From: Octopus sinensis
Taxonomy: Eukaryota
Direction of reading: 5' to 3'
Assembly: GCF_006345805.1 (NCBI RefSeq)
Contig: NC_043017.1
Coordinates: 28,086,001 to 28,150,000 of the forward strand
DNA: 64,000 bases
Below are positions 11,809 to 23,393 of this stretch, piece after piece. The notes under the pieces were generated by a model that saw only the letters and a program-made list of their open reading frames with translations, was not told the DNA's origin and did not search any database. A program made the translations under genes and the position numbers. The stretch's first letter is position 1. Each line of letters begins with the position of its first letter.

Positions 11809-14645
11809 CTATCTATCTATCCGCTCAGTCGAAGTCGACTCTCGGTCACTCTTTGGATCAGTGTCCTCCAGTCAGTTCTATCTTTGGCCGCTTCTTTCAG
11901 ATTGGCTATGTCCATTCCGGTATCACTCTTGATAGTGTCAAGCCAGCGGGTTCTTAGTCGGCCGCTTCCCCTCTTGCCACTGACCATTCCGAGCATGATG
12001 TCCTTCTCCAGGGATCTTCTCCGCATAATATGACCGAAATATGCCAATCTATGCTTGGTGATCCTAGCTTCTAGCGAGATTTTCGGCCTGATCTGCTTAA
12101 GAACTTCTCCATTGGTGAGCCTCGCTGTCCCTCTCTTGCCACTGACCATTCCGAGCATGATGTCCTTCTCCAGGGATTTTCTCCGCATAATATGACCGAA
12201 ATATGCCAATCTATGCTTGGTGATCCTAGCTTCTAGCGACATTTTCGGCCTGATCTGCTTAAGAACTTCTCCATTGGTGAGCCTCGCTGTCCCTCTCTTG
12301 CCACTGACCATTCCGAGCATGATGTCCTTCTCCAGGGATTTTCTCCGCATAATATGACCGAAATATGCCAATCTATGCTTGGTGATCCTAGCTTCTAGCG
12401 ACATTTTCGGCCTGATCTGCTTAAGAACTTCTCCATTGGTGAGCCTCGCTGTCCCTCTCTTGCCACTGACCATTCCAAGCATGATGTCCTTCTCCAGGGA
12501 TTCTCTCCGCATAATATGACCGAAATATGCCAATCTATGATGAATGATCCTAGCTTCTAGCGACATTTACGGCCTTATCTGCTTAAGAACTTCTCCATTG
12601 GTGAGCCTCGCTGTCCCTCTCTTGCCACTGACCATTCCAAGCATGATGTCCTTCTCCAGGGATTCTCTCCGCATAATATGACCGAAATATGCCAATCTAT
12701 GCTTGGTGATCCTAGCTTCTAGCGACATTTTCGGCCTGATCTGCTTAAGAACTTCTCCATTGGTGAGCCTCGCTGTCCCTCTCTTGCCACTGACCATTCC
12801 GAGCATGATGTCCTTCTCCAGGGATTCTCTCCGCATAATATGACCGAAATATGCCAATCTATGCTTGGTGATCCTAGCTTCTAGCGACATTTTCGGCCTG
12901 ATCTGCTTAAGAACTTCTCCATTGGTGAGCCTCGCTGTCCCTCTCTTGCCGCTGACCATTCCAAGCATGATGTCCTTCTCCAGGGATTCTCTCCGCATAA
13001 TATGACCGAAATATGCCAATCTATGCTTGGTGATCCTAGGTTCTAGCGACATTTTCGGCCTGATCTGCTTAAGAACTTCTCCATTGCTGAGCCTCGCTGT
13101 CCCTCTCTTGCCACTGACCATTCCAAGCATGATGTCCTTCTCCAGGGATTCTCTCCGCATAATATGACCGAAATATGCCAATCTATGCTTGGTGATCCTA
13201 GCTTCTAGCGACATTTTCGGCCTGATCTGCTTAAGAACTTCTCCATTGGTGAGCCTCGCTGTCCCTCTCTTGCCACTGACCATTCCGAGCATGATGTCCT
13301 TCTCCAGGGATTTTCTCCGCATAATATGACCGAAATATGCCAATCTATGCTTGGTGATCCTAGCTTCTAGCGACATTTTCGGCCCGATCTGCTTAAGAAC
13401 TTCTCCATTGGTGAGCCTCGCTGTCCCTCTCTTGCCACTGACCATTCCGAGCATGATGTCCTTCTCCAGGGATTTTCTCCGCATAATATGACCGAAATAT
13501 GCCAATCTATGCTTGGTGATCCTAGCTTCTAGCGACATTTTCGGCCTGATCTGCTTAAGAACTTCTCCATTGGTGAGCCTCGCTGTCCCTCTCTTGCCAC
13601 TGACCATTCCGAGCATGATGTCCTTCTCCAGGGATTTTCTCCGCATAATATGACCGAATATGCCAATCTATGCTTGGTGATCCTAGCTTCTAGCGACATT
13701 TTCGGCCTGATCTGCTTAAGAACTTCTCCATTGGTGAGCCTCGCTGTCCCTCTCTTGCCACTGACCATTCCAAGCATGATGTCCTTCTCCAGGGATTCTC
13801 TCCGCATAATATGACCGAAATATGCCAATCTATGCTTGGTGATCCTAGCTTCTAGCGACATTTTCGGCCTGATCTGCTTAAGAACTTCTCCATTGGTGAG
13901 CCTCGCTGTCCCTCTCTTGCCACTGACCATTCCGAGCATGATGTCCTTCTCCAGGGATTTTCTCCGCATAATATGACCGAAATATGCCAATCTATGCTTG
14001 GTGATCCTAGCTTCTAGCGACATTTTCGGCCTGATCTGCTTAAGAACTTCTCCATTGGTGAGCCTCGCTGTCCCTCTCTTGCCACTGACCATTCCGAGCA
14101 TGATGTCCTTCTCCAGGGATTTTCTCCGCATAATATGACCGAAATATGCCAATCTATGCTTGGTGATCCTAGCTTCTAGCGACATTTTCGGCCTGATCTG
14201 CTTAAGAACTTCTCCATTGGTGAGCCTCGCTGTCCCTCTCTTGCCACTGACCATTCCGAGCATGATGTCCTTCTCCGGGGATTTTCTCCGCATAATATGA
14301 CCGAAATATGCCAATCTATGCTTGGTGATCCTAGCTTCTAGCGACATTTTCGGCCTGATCTGCTTAAGAACTTCTCCATTGGTGAGCCTCGCTGTCCATG
14401 GAATCCGTAAAAGTCTTCTCCACCAAAGCTCGAATGCATTAATTCTCTTCTGGTCAGCTTTCATTAGTGTCCAGGTCTCGCATCCATATGTTGCTATTGG
14501 GAAGACAATTGCATTCACCAATCTGCATTTGGTATCGAGTCTGATGTCTCTAGACCCTGCTCATGCTGACCATTGCCTCTCTGCCTAGTACTATCCACCG
14601 TCTTATTTCTGCAGTGCAGTCACCATCTCGATTTATTTTGGAGCT
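11809..14645 (-). mobile_element. 5'-truncated BovB-like RTE LINE with an internal tandem amplification
   Basis: Minus strand reads SKINRDGDCTAEIRRWIVLGREAMVSMSR..SRDIRLDTKCRLVNAIVFPIATYGCETW...PWTAR...RWLDTI...DRTDWRTLIQRVTESRLRLSG*, then a short (GATA)n tail. This parallels the recalled BovB ORF C-terminus (SKITADGDCSHEIKRRLLLGRKAM...WTAR...SRTRLSD). Confidence 0.92.
11969..14398 (-). repeat. 15 x 162-bp tandem array within the RTE ORF (54 codons per unit)
   Basis: Motif ctcgctgtcc occurs at 12121, 12283, 12445, 12607, 12769, 12931, 13093, 13255, 13417, 13579, 13740, 13902, 14064, 14226 and 14388. Spacing is 162 throughout except one 161. Confidence 0.95.
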
Positions 14646-16632
14646 ACGGAAGATGAAATTACGTACCGAAAATGTATAACATCAAAAGAGTGTAATACAT
14701 CGCTAGTAAGGCATTCAGTCATTTCGTTTGTTGTTTTAGTTACTTTCAGTTTTTGCTTCATTGTTCGTGTATTCGAAATTATAATCCAATAAGATCTTTT
14801 ACGCTTAATGCGTTTTTTCTGTCTTTTTCTCAGTTTTTCTAATTGTCTGTATATTTACCAGTGTGTGTAGATGTGTTTCCCTATCTATTTATAATCCTTC
14901 ATATCTTTTTATAGTATTGTTTTCTCATCTGTAACCAACCAACTCTGGCGTTCTACCTTCCCTCAGTGTGCCGTGGAATAGAGGGTAGCGTTTAAGTACC
15001 ATTGCAAGCTTATATTTTTAGTCAATAATCCTTTAATTGCCTTACATCTTCAAAGTATCTCGTCATTGTTACTGACGGCATAAATTATCTCCCTTATTTG
15101 GATTATGACATCCTAATTTTACATAGCAAGAGTGGCAAGCTGACGTAATCGTTAGCAAGCCGGACAAAATATTTAACCTCATTTCTTCCGGCTTTAAGTT
15201 CTGAGCTCAAATTCGACAGAGCTCGATTTTGCATTTCATTCTTCCAGGGTCTATAACATAGATCAGTTGAGCACCCCTATGTCCAGACACTCGACTCGTC
15301 TCTTCCCTCAAATGTTCAGGCTTTGCGTTTATACTGCAAACAATATTTTGTACCAATCTGGAAACACACATCACCAACAAGATAGTAGACACCTATATAG
15401 TTAGTCGACCTGTTAAAAATATCAACTAAATTCCTATCTGTAATAAAAATACTATCAACTTAAATCAGAGTACATTTTGTAACATCTCCCCTTGTTTATC
15501 AGATGATCTGTGGAGGGCTAGGAAATATTAATTTAAGCAGTGGAAAAGGAAAAAAAAGAACTTATGGGGGAATTAGATTTCGTTCAGAAGACCCAAGTCG
15601 TAAGCATTGTGAATGGTCGTTGTGGCATGCTTTTAGGGACCAAACAGAATCTTCCTCGGATAGTCATAGTTTTTTATACCATTGACAACAGCTTTTGCGT
15701 GACCCTGTCATTTTTAAAACAGTAGGAATTTCAGAAGATTTCGTAGCTCTTTCTAGCAAATTGAGTTTCACAGAGATAGCTATATCTCCGCCGGAAATCA
15801 AGTAGTTTAAATGAAAACGTATACAAAGTTGAAAATGACGGTCACATGAACGAGAACTTGGCTCGTATCCAACAACGTGCAAAATTGAAAAGGGAACGGG
15901 AGTGTGTGAAGCGTATTAGATGTATTAAAAGAATGAAAGTTCAATACGACTGCAACTGGATTGAAAAGCATGTTGAGGCGGGTTTCTAACATCATTCCTC
16001 CGGCATTTACTCTCCTCTGACATTCTACGGCATTAAGAATAAAAATATCGATTTCCTGCATTGACAAAAAGCCATAATATTTTTTTAGGAAGCGGTGTAA
16101 CCGATGGAAGAGATCCAATAATACATTACGGATTCGAATATATCGATATGGTATGGGGGTGTATGAAAGAAAAAAAATGTCAATTTTCGTAGGATTTTCA
16201 ATTCAAAATGCAAAGGCACTTAACTGGTATATCGTAATGCCTTTCGTTTGCTTCGTATTATTCTACGCAACGTGTTCACAAGCGAGATCATTTTAGGAAC
16301 TCAATAATGGCACTCAAAATTTATTATACAATTCCAATGCACTACATTTTCACAGCACAATGCTAACCTAGTCTGCAGTATTTGTTGCATCATTCATTGG
16401 GTTCGACTTTGGCCATGGAAAGGACCACCTTTGAACGGTTTCAGTTTAATAAATTGACCTCACAACAGACACACGCGCGTACAAACACTCATACGTACAC
16501 CACATACATACACTGTCACGCCGATAGAAAGCGAGAATTTCTAGCACTATATATATATATATATATATATATACGTTTAAATATTTGTTGTGCAAGGTTT
16601 TTTTATGTGAAGTCGTGTGTTGAAACAGATAT

Positions 16633-16996
16633 TGTTATATTTCGGAATGGTCATTTTGCCAGTTTAGCCAATAAAAACACACGCACTATATATTTGGTGT
16701 TATTTTGCTTCAGTGTTATTTATTTTTTACATTAAACTTAATCTTATTTCGGCCAGAGCTCTTTCGTCACACTCCTGTGACCGCATCAGTGGTCCTTTGT
16801 TTTCTTCATACTTATTTGTAAGAAGAAAACAAAGGACCACTGATGCGGTCACAGGAGTGTGACGAAAGAACTCTGGCCGAAATAAGATTAAGTTTAATGT
16901 AAAAAATAAATAACACTGAAGCAAAATAACACCAAATATATAGTGCGTGTGTTTTTATTGGCTAAACTGGCAAAATGACCATTCCGAAATATAACA
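16633..16996. repeat. Long near-perfect inverted repeat (179-bp arms, 6-nt loop)
   Basis: 16633-16811 is the reverse complement of 16818-16996 with two mismatches that I could see. The loop is ttattt. Confidence 0.93.
16834..16878 (+). ncRNA. Hammerhead-ribozyme-like fold (mirror copy on the minus strand at 16751-16795)
   Basis: GGACCA-CTGATG(CG)-GTCAC-aggagt-GTGAC-GAAAG-aa-CTC-TGGCC: 5-bp stem II, GAAA core, CUC triplet, stem I GG(A)CCA/TGGCC. Core position A9 deviates (C). Confidence 0.45.
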
Positions 16997-17041
16997 TATA
17001 TATATATTATGATCACCATTATTATTATTATTATTATTATA

Positions 17042-17760
17042 AGGCAGCGAGCAAGCAGGACTATTAAAACACTGGACCGAATGCTTAGCGGTATTTCGTC
17101 TGCCACTACGTTAAAATTTTGCCGAGGTCGACTTTCGGGGTCAATAAATTAAGTACCAGTTACGTACTGGCGTCGATACAATCGATTTAATCCGTTTGTC
17201 TGTCCTTGTTTGTCCTCCCTGTGTTTAGCTCCTTGTGGGTAGTAAAGAAATAGGTATTTCGTCTGTCGTTACGTTCTGAGTTCAAATTCCGCCGAGGTCG
17301 ACTTTGCCTTTCATCCTTTCGGGTCGATAAATTAAGTACCAGTTACGCACTGGCGTCGAGGTAATCGACTTAATCCGTTTTTCTCTCCTTGTTTGTCCTC
17401 TCTGTGTTTAGCCTCTTGTGGGTAGTAAAGAAATAGGTATTTCGTCTGTCGCTACGTTCTGATTTCAAATTCCGCCGAGGTCGACTTTGCCTTTCATACT
17501 TTCGGGTCGATAAATTAAGTACCAGTTATGCACTGGCGTTGATGTAATCGACTTAATCCGTTTTTCTCTGTGTTTGTCCTCTCTGTGTTTAGCCTCTTGT
17601 GGGTAGTAAAGAAATAGGTATTTCGCCCGTCGCTACGTTATGAGTTAAAGTTCCACAACTTTGTCTTTCATCCTTTCAAGAGCTATACGTTAAGTACCAG
17701 TTGAGTACTGGGGTCGATGTAATCGACTTACTCCTCCCGGAAAATGTGAGGCCTTGTGCT
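17042..17760 (+). mobile_element. SINE family B multimer: head plus 4 tandem units
   Basis: GTATTTCG unit starts at 17091, 17254, 17437 and 17618. The first three end in tail 1 (GTAGTAAAGAAATAG), and the last ends in a different tail (..AAAATGTGAGGCCTTGTGC). Confidence 0.88.
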
Positions 17761-19569
17761 TTTATTGTTATTATCATTGTCATTTTTAAACTTTTAATCT
17801 CCATGTTTGTTCCAGTCGCTTGCCGAGACACCCAGCGTTTTCGGGCGAGTGAACGATAATAGACGTTACAGTATGACTGAAAGCTTGGGGAATGGGTAGT
17901 AGTGAAATGTCTTCATGTAATATAACACAGACATTTAAATAGATAGGGTTTTTCTAAGGATGTGGGCAGTATTTGCCAGTACAATCTTTATGCATAATTA
18001 TGGATAAATGCATATTTTGTGAGTATGATACCTCTCCTCATATCTCCAGAATTCAAACTTTCTTCAATATGGATGGATTTATATTTTCAATTTCATTTTC
18101 ATTTTCTGGAAAACTAAGTGGTTTTTTAAAATACTTTTTTAAAACCCGTTATATGACTGTGCAACACTAAAAGAACTTTCAGAAGTCCATTTGTTACCTA
18201 AATCTTATTTTTATAGAACTATCCCCAATGTTTCAGGGGTGTAACATCACCCCCTTAGATGTTTGGAGAACTCAGATGTTTTTTCGGCTGATGAGTACGG
18301 GTCACTTATATTTACTGCAATATTTGCAGCCTTAATAAAGCTGTCTTCGTACGAAACAATTGTACCGAAATATTGATCCATTCTTGTTGCTTTTTTCTTA
18401 TTTATAATAACCCCGCATTATCTTATGGTTAACACCATATAGATTTCTGTTGCATCTAAGTTAAGTACCGCATTCATATGAATTCAACAGAACTCACTTG
18501 AATCTTAATTGCTTGTACTATATATATATATATATATATATACATACATTATATACATTAAAATATTGTATATATGTTTATCTAATATTATATTTACGTA
18601 AACATATGCTTGCACAATCACGAGTGCATTTCTCGGTATGTACGAAAGGTGTCTGTAGGTATGTGTGCGAGTGCTTTTGTTCTTTTTGTTGTTGTTTTTT
18701 TAATTAGAGCGAATTTGAAAGTAGGTGGTAGGTGCAGGTTACAGAATTTATACTAAAAGTAACTGGAGGTGGGAATATTTGAATATGTGGGCATCTGGAA
18801 TTGGTTACACACGACAGAAGAATTCTTACAGATTTATGATATTTAGTCGAGGTGCTACAATAATATCAGAAGGTTAGTGTTATATAAATGTTCTGATATG
18901 AACATCAAGGTGTCCGATACATTCAATACTTTTTTTTTCCCTATGTATCCGGTTCTATTTCTCTCGCTTGCAGAATCAAATTTACAGCATACATTACATT
19001 ATTCAAGTATGTGTGTCATTACGCAAATATTAAAAAAAAAATAACATTAATTGAATATTTATAGCAAACTTTTCGATATTTTCAACACTGATATAATTTC
19101 TTTATTTCTAATTATTCATTCATATATAATTACCTTTAAAATTCCCTTAAGTACAACACATAATTTAGCGGAAACACTTAACTCACTTTACATATTCAGA
19201 ATTTTACAATTTCTCTTCAGGCAAACAGGAATATACAATGATACATAAATATTCATAGTTATGTTTTCTAAAAGTGGAGTATGCATTAAAATAATTTTGT
19301 TTTCCTCACAATCTTTTGTTTAAAAATTTCAACCGATTATTTCAAATTCATTACAAATGTAGGAAAACTGATTATGCTTCCATCCATTTCCGATGTTGGC
19401 TAGACATTACTATATTAAATACGGAAACACGAATTTTGTTCCCTGTCCTCTGTATAAAACAAACGAATTTCTAACCAAAACGCATTAATATAAAATGGCG
19501 CCTTTAACAAAAAAAAAAAATGTATTTACGCTTTTACTTTCATTTCGTTTTTATTTTTATTCTTTGCAG

Positions 19570-19824
19570 TATGTTTCCAAGTTGGTTTGAATTCCATTGC
19601 GTTGTTTGGTCCTCGGTCGTATATGGTGGCTTCCTATGTGAACTCAATGTGCAATGCCTTGAAGATCCCTCACATCGAGGTTCGCATGGACCACTTTCTC
19701 TCGGATGTCCCCACATTCTCAATCAACCTCCACCCAGACATGCACCAACTCAGCAGGGCTTATCTAGATGTCATCCAGTACTTCCAATGGAAACAAGTAC
19801 TCGTCATTTTTGGTGACAAAGAAG
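19570..19824 (+). CDS. GRIK-like: Kainate-type ionotropic glutamate receptor, amino-terminal domain exon (255 nt, phase 1 to phase 1)
   Basis: Polypyrimidine acceptor (tctttgcag, AG at 19568-69) and donor G|gtaag at 19825. Translates to xCFQVGLNSIALFGPRSYMVASYVNSMCNALKIPHIEVRMDHFLSDVPTFSINLHPDMHQLSRAYLDVIQYFQWKQVLVIFGDKE, matching the kainate receptor ATD pattern (C..GV.AIFGP; S.C.AL.IPHI; F.INL.P; W..V.V.Y). Confidence 0.93.
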
Positions 19825-20438
19825 GTAAGAATGCCACAAGATTGCATCTTTTTATTCTTTCATATTTGATTTACCGTGTATGGATATTTTACCCTCGCAG
19901 TCGAGGAAATTTGCATATAAGCGAAAATAAAAAAGCTTTCAAATTATAAATGAAACTAAAATATTTCTTTTGCATAATACAAGTAGAAACACATTTGAAA
20001 CAACATAATTTGTGGTAATTTTTTCTCTGTTTTACCTTCTTCGAATGTTAGAACATAACTAATTATCTGTTCCAAAATGCAATGCAGTTGGCCAGAACAA
20101 TAATAATATAACGTACCTGATATTATTCGTCGTTGCGATAATGATTGCTGGGGCTCGTTTTTTTTTTTGTCTTATTTTTGGTTACGGGAAACGGATTCAA
20201 TACTGTGAGGAGTGAATGGAAATCACTCGCTGACGTGTTCTGACAACCAAGCCTTAGGTTATTTTTGCAAACAGTTCCTTCTCGGTGTTATCGTCAGATA
20301 TCCGTTGGTTTTTGACAGCTGAATCCCGTAAAGCAGTTCCCGTAATGTACACTTATTGCAAAGTAATATAATGTATAAATAAAACTTTGGTACTTTGTAA
20401 GCAAAAGTACTATACGGTTTTATTTTATTTATTTATGC

Positions 20439-20737
20439 ACCCTTTTCAAGCCTAACCAGGCTCATGGGCCGGGTTTCCCGGTTTCTATGGCATATGTGTT
20501 CCCCCGAGCAGGAAGGGACGCCAGTCAATCGCGGCGTTACTCAAGAAACGGGAAGAAAGTGTGAGAGAAATTTGGGGCGAAAGAGTACAACAGGGGTGGC
20601 CACCATGCCCTGCCGGAGCCTCATGGAGCTTTAGGTGTTTTCACTCAATAAACACACACAACGCCCGGTCTGGGAATCGAAACGGCGATCCTCCGACCGC
20701 AAGTCCGCTGCCCTAACCACTGGGCCATTGCGCCTCC
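20439..20737 (-). mobile_element. SINE family C (tail type ii)
   Basis: Reverse complement head GGAGGCGCAATGGCCCAGTGGTTAGGGCAGCGGACT..GTTTCGATTCCCAGACCGGGCG. The tail contains GATTGACTGGCGTCCC..CCATAGAAACCGGGAAACC. Confidence 0.85.
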
Positions 20738-21345
20738 ACACTATACGGTTTGGCAACACATAACGTGAAAGCTTCCCTTACATATGTTTTCGAAACATTT
20801 CTCACCGAACATAAGTATAAAAACTAAATACTTTCGTTACGTTTCTTAAGAATGTGCTTCTCAAACATTGATACTAGTTTTGTAAGTAAATTAGTCTTTT
20901 AAGTTGTAGATCAAGAAAGCTCTTTTGACTATACACTGCCAAATTGAATTAATTTTCACCTCACATAACATAATTTTATGTACTGATGAATTTCAGTTCC
21001 ATCAAACGATGGTAATTCAATTTATTTTTCCTATACTCCTTTTTCTGTCAAGTTGAATGAAACAGTGGAAGCATTATTTCAAAATAAATTGATATCTAAA
21101 TAAATATTTATATCTAAAACCAATTAAAATATCGTCTTTGAGCAAAATGCCAAAGACCAAAACCCACTTTGATATGTTTTACACTAATATCTCTTCATTG
21201 AGATCTGTGAACTTTTTCATTGTATCTAACAACATTATGAGGAAACGTCTTTAGCCTTTCAGAAATGATATCTTTGACCGTGTTGTATATGTGAGCCAGC
21301 GTCTTTGGTCAAGCTTGCTCTCCAAATCAATAAATAAAAAGACAA

Positions 21346-21478
21346 AGGCGTGACTCTGTGGTTAACGAACTCTCCCCGAAGCAACGCAGTCCATTGGCCA
21401 AATATGTTCTCCCATTGCGACGTGCTCAGTAATGCTTTGTGAGTAAATTTGGTAGATGAAATCTATATAGAAATCCGT

Positions 21479-21480
<2 letters not shown>
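21346..21480 (+). mobile_element. Degenerate SINE family A, 5' part
   Basis: GGCGTGACTCTGTGGTTAA...TGTGAGTAAATTTGGTAGATGAAATC..CCGTCG followed by (TA)n. Confidence 0.55.
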
Positions 21481-21533
<53 letters not shown>

Positions 21534-21695
21534 CAGTGTACATTAAACACATAAGGAATCCACTCGTGGAATTCAACGTTAGAAAGAACAGCTAGGTTCC
21601 ATAACCACAAAAATCAGGGATAAAATTCGACAGGAACGTTAGGCTACTGGAGGTGAACATTTTAATTAATTTTCCGTCTCCCTTTGATTTGTTTA

Positions 21696-21729
<34 letters not shown>

Positions 21730-21732
<3 letters not shown>

Positions 21733-22028
21733 CGTGACCGATCGGGCTATCAGATATTGATACACATCGTTGGTCACGATACACTTTGCATTGTTTTAGT
21801 CTTCAAATGACGCCACCCCGCTGGCTACTCAAACAGGCCAACAGAAAAAAGAGGGAGAGGAAGTTGTGGTGAAAGAGTACAGCAGGGATCGCCACCATCC
21901 CCTGCCGGAGCCTCGTGGAGCTTTAGGTGTTTTCGCTCAATAAACACTCACCACGCCCAGTCTGAAAATCAAAACCACGATCCTACGACCGCGAGTCCGT
22001 TACCCTGAACACTGGGCCATTGCGCCCC

Positions 22029-22029
<1 letters not shown>
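21730..22029 (-). mobile_element. SINE family C (tail type iii)
   Basis: Family C head at about 21950-22029. The tail on the + strand reads CACCGTGACCGATCGGGCTATCAG...GACGCCACCCCGCTGGC. Confidence 0.85.
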
Positions 22030-22071
<42 letters not shown>

Positions 22072-22234
22072 TGTGTGTGTGCGTGCTCGTGTTGAATACT
22101 GATAGTAGATAAGACAACGTAACATTAACTGCTCATTTTACAGAAACGCAGCTACATTGCGAAATTAAGTGAAATTTATACTACCCGTCAAGCACTCTGC
22201 CATAGTGACATCTGCTCGATATACTGTATTAAAA

Positions 22235-22813
22235 GGCGGCGAGTCGGCGGAGGAAAATGCTTCGCAGTATTTCGTCTGCCGTTACGTTCTGAGTTCAAAT
22301 TCCGCCGAGGTCGACTTTGCCTTTCATCCTTTCGGGGTCGATAAATTAAGTACCAGTTACGCACTGGGGTCGATGTAATCGACTTAATCCGTTTGTTTGT
22401 CCTTGTTTGTTCTCTCTGTGTTTAGCCCCTTGTGGGTAGTAAAAGAATAGGTATTTCGTCTGCCGTTACGTTCTGAGTTCAAATTCTGCCGAGGTCGACT
22501 TTGCCTTTTATCCTTTCGGGGTCGATAAATTACGTACCAATTACGAACTGGGGTCGATGTAATCGACTTAATCCGTTTGTTTGTCCTTGTTTGTTCTCTC
22601 TGTGTTTAGCCCCTTGTGGGTAGTAAAGAAATAAGTATTTCGTCTGCCGTTACGTTCTGAGTTCAAATTCCGCCGAGGTTGATTTTGCCTTTCGACCTTT
22701 CGGCGTCGATTAAATAATTATCAGTTACGCACTAGGGTCGATATAATCGATTTAATCCTTTGCTTGCCCTTGTTTTTTTCCTCTATGTTTAGCTCTCTGT
22801 CGGCAATAAATAG
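22235..22813 (+). mobile_element. SINE family B multimer: head plus 3 x 184-bp units
   Basis: GTATTTCGTCTGCCG occurs at 22267, 22451 and 22635 (184-bp period). Confidence 0.9.
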
Positions 22814-23393
22814 ATATACTGTATCAAAATTAGCGATGGATCTGTCTTCTTTGGTTGTTGAAGTAATTAATAATTAAAAAAAATATAACTGTTGTTTAAG
22901 TCGGATTTTCCAATCTTTCAGTTTGGAGGCAAAACAATGAAGTTTTCTATCAAGCGTATTAATCCTCCCACAACTTACGTTTCATATTTAAACTGGAAAT
23001 TAGACTATCACTGCTTTTTTTTTCTTGTTTTTTTTTTTAAATCTGAAGTAGAATGTATATTAGGATGCCTTCGGCATACACAAACGGATACGTACATAAA
23101 CACACCGAAAATACATACATGCATGCATACGTGCGTACGTACGTACAACTAATTATCTGCAAAAACGAAAACAGTTACGCCGCCCAGTGGCGAAATTTGT
23201 AAATACACCAACCGGATTACAAGTACAGATTTATACACTTAATTATTGGGGCACTAGGATATATATAACGAACTGTCTTAGCTCTAATTTTAACGAATTA
23301 CTGTTCTAAAAACGAGAACGGAGAGAACTAATTAGGATACTACAGATGCAATTCATCATTGGACCAGTTGGAATATGCAAAGTTTAAAATATA

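Noticed and set aside
11969-14398. CRISPR-like regular array (also the 184-bp SINE arrays)
   Set aside because: Units are contiguous with no unique spacers, the context is eukaryotic, there are no cas genes, and the units are LINE- or SINE-derived.
11817-14521. Three long ORFs (249, 359 and 330 aa) as host genes
   Set aside because: They are the frame-preserving RTE array split by one deletion and one stop. They are reported as a mobile element, not as CDS.
11780-14670. Target-site duplication for the BovB-like element
   Set aside because: Flanks (..GACTGAAAAAATT and ACGGAAGATGAAATT..) show only weak resemblance, so no TSD is claimed.
15780-16118. Open frames on both strands (103-aa minus-strand ORF; about 70 codons on the plus strand)
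   Set aside because: No recognisable domain, splice signals or similarity to the missing upstream receptor exon.
19520-19816. 98-aa ORF overlapping the first receptor exon; also the tail of ORF 19587-19949
   Set aside because: The first is an alternative frame of the true exon. The 19587 ORF is genuine only up to the donor at 19825, and the rest is intron read-through.
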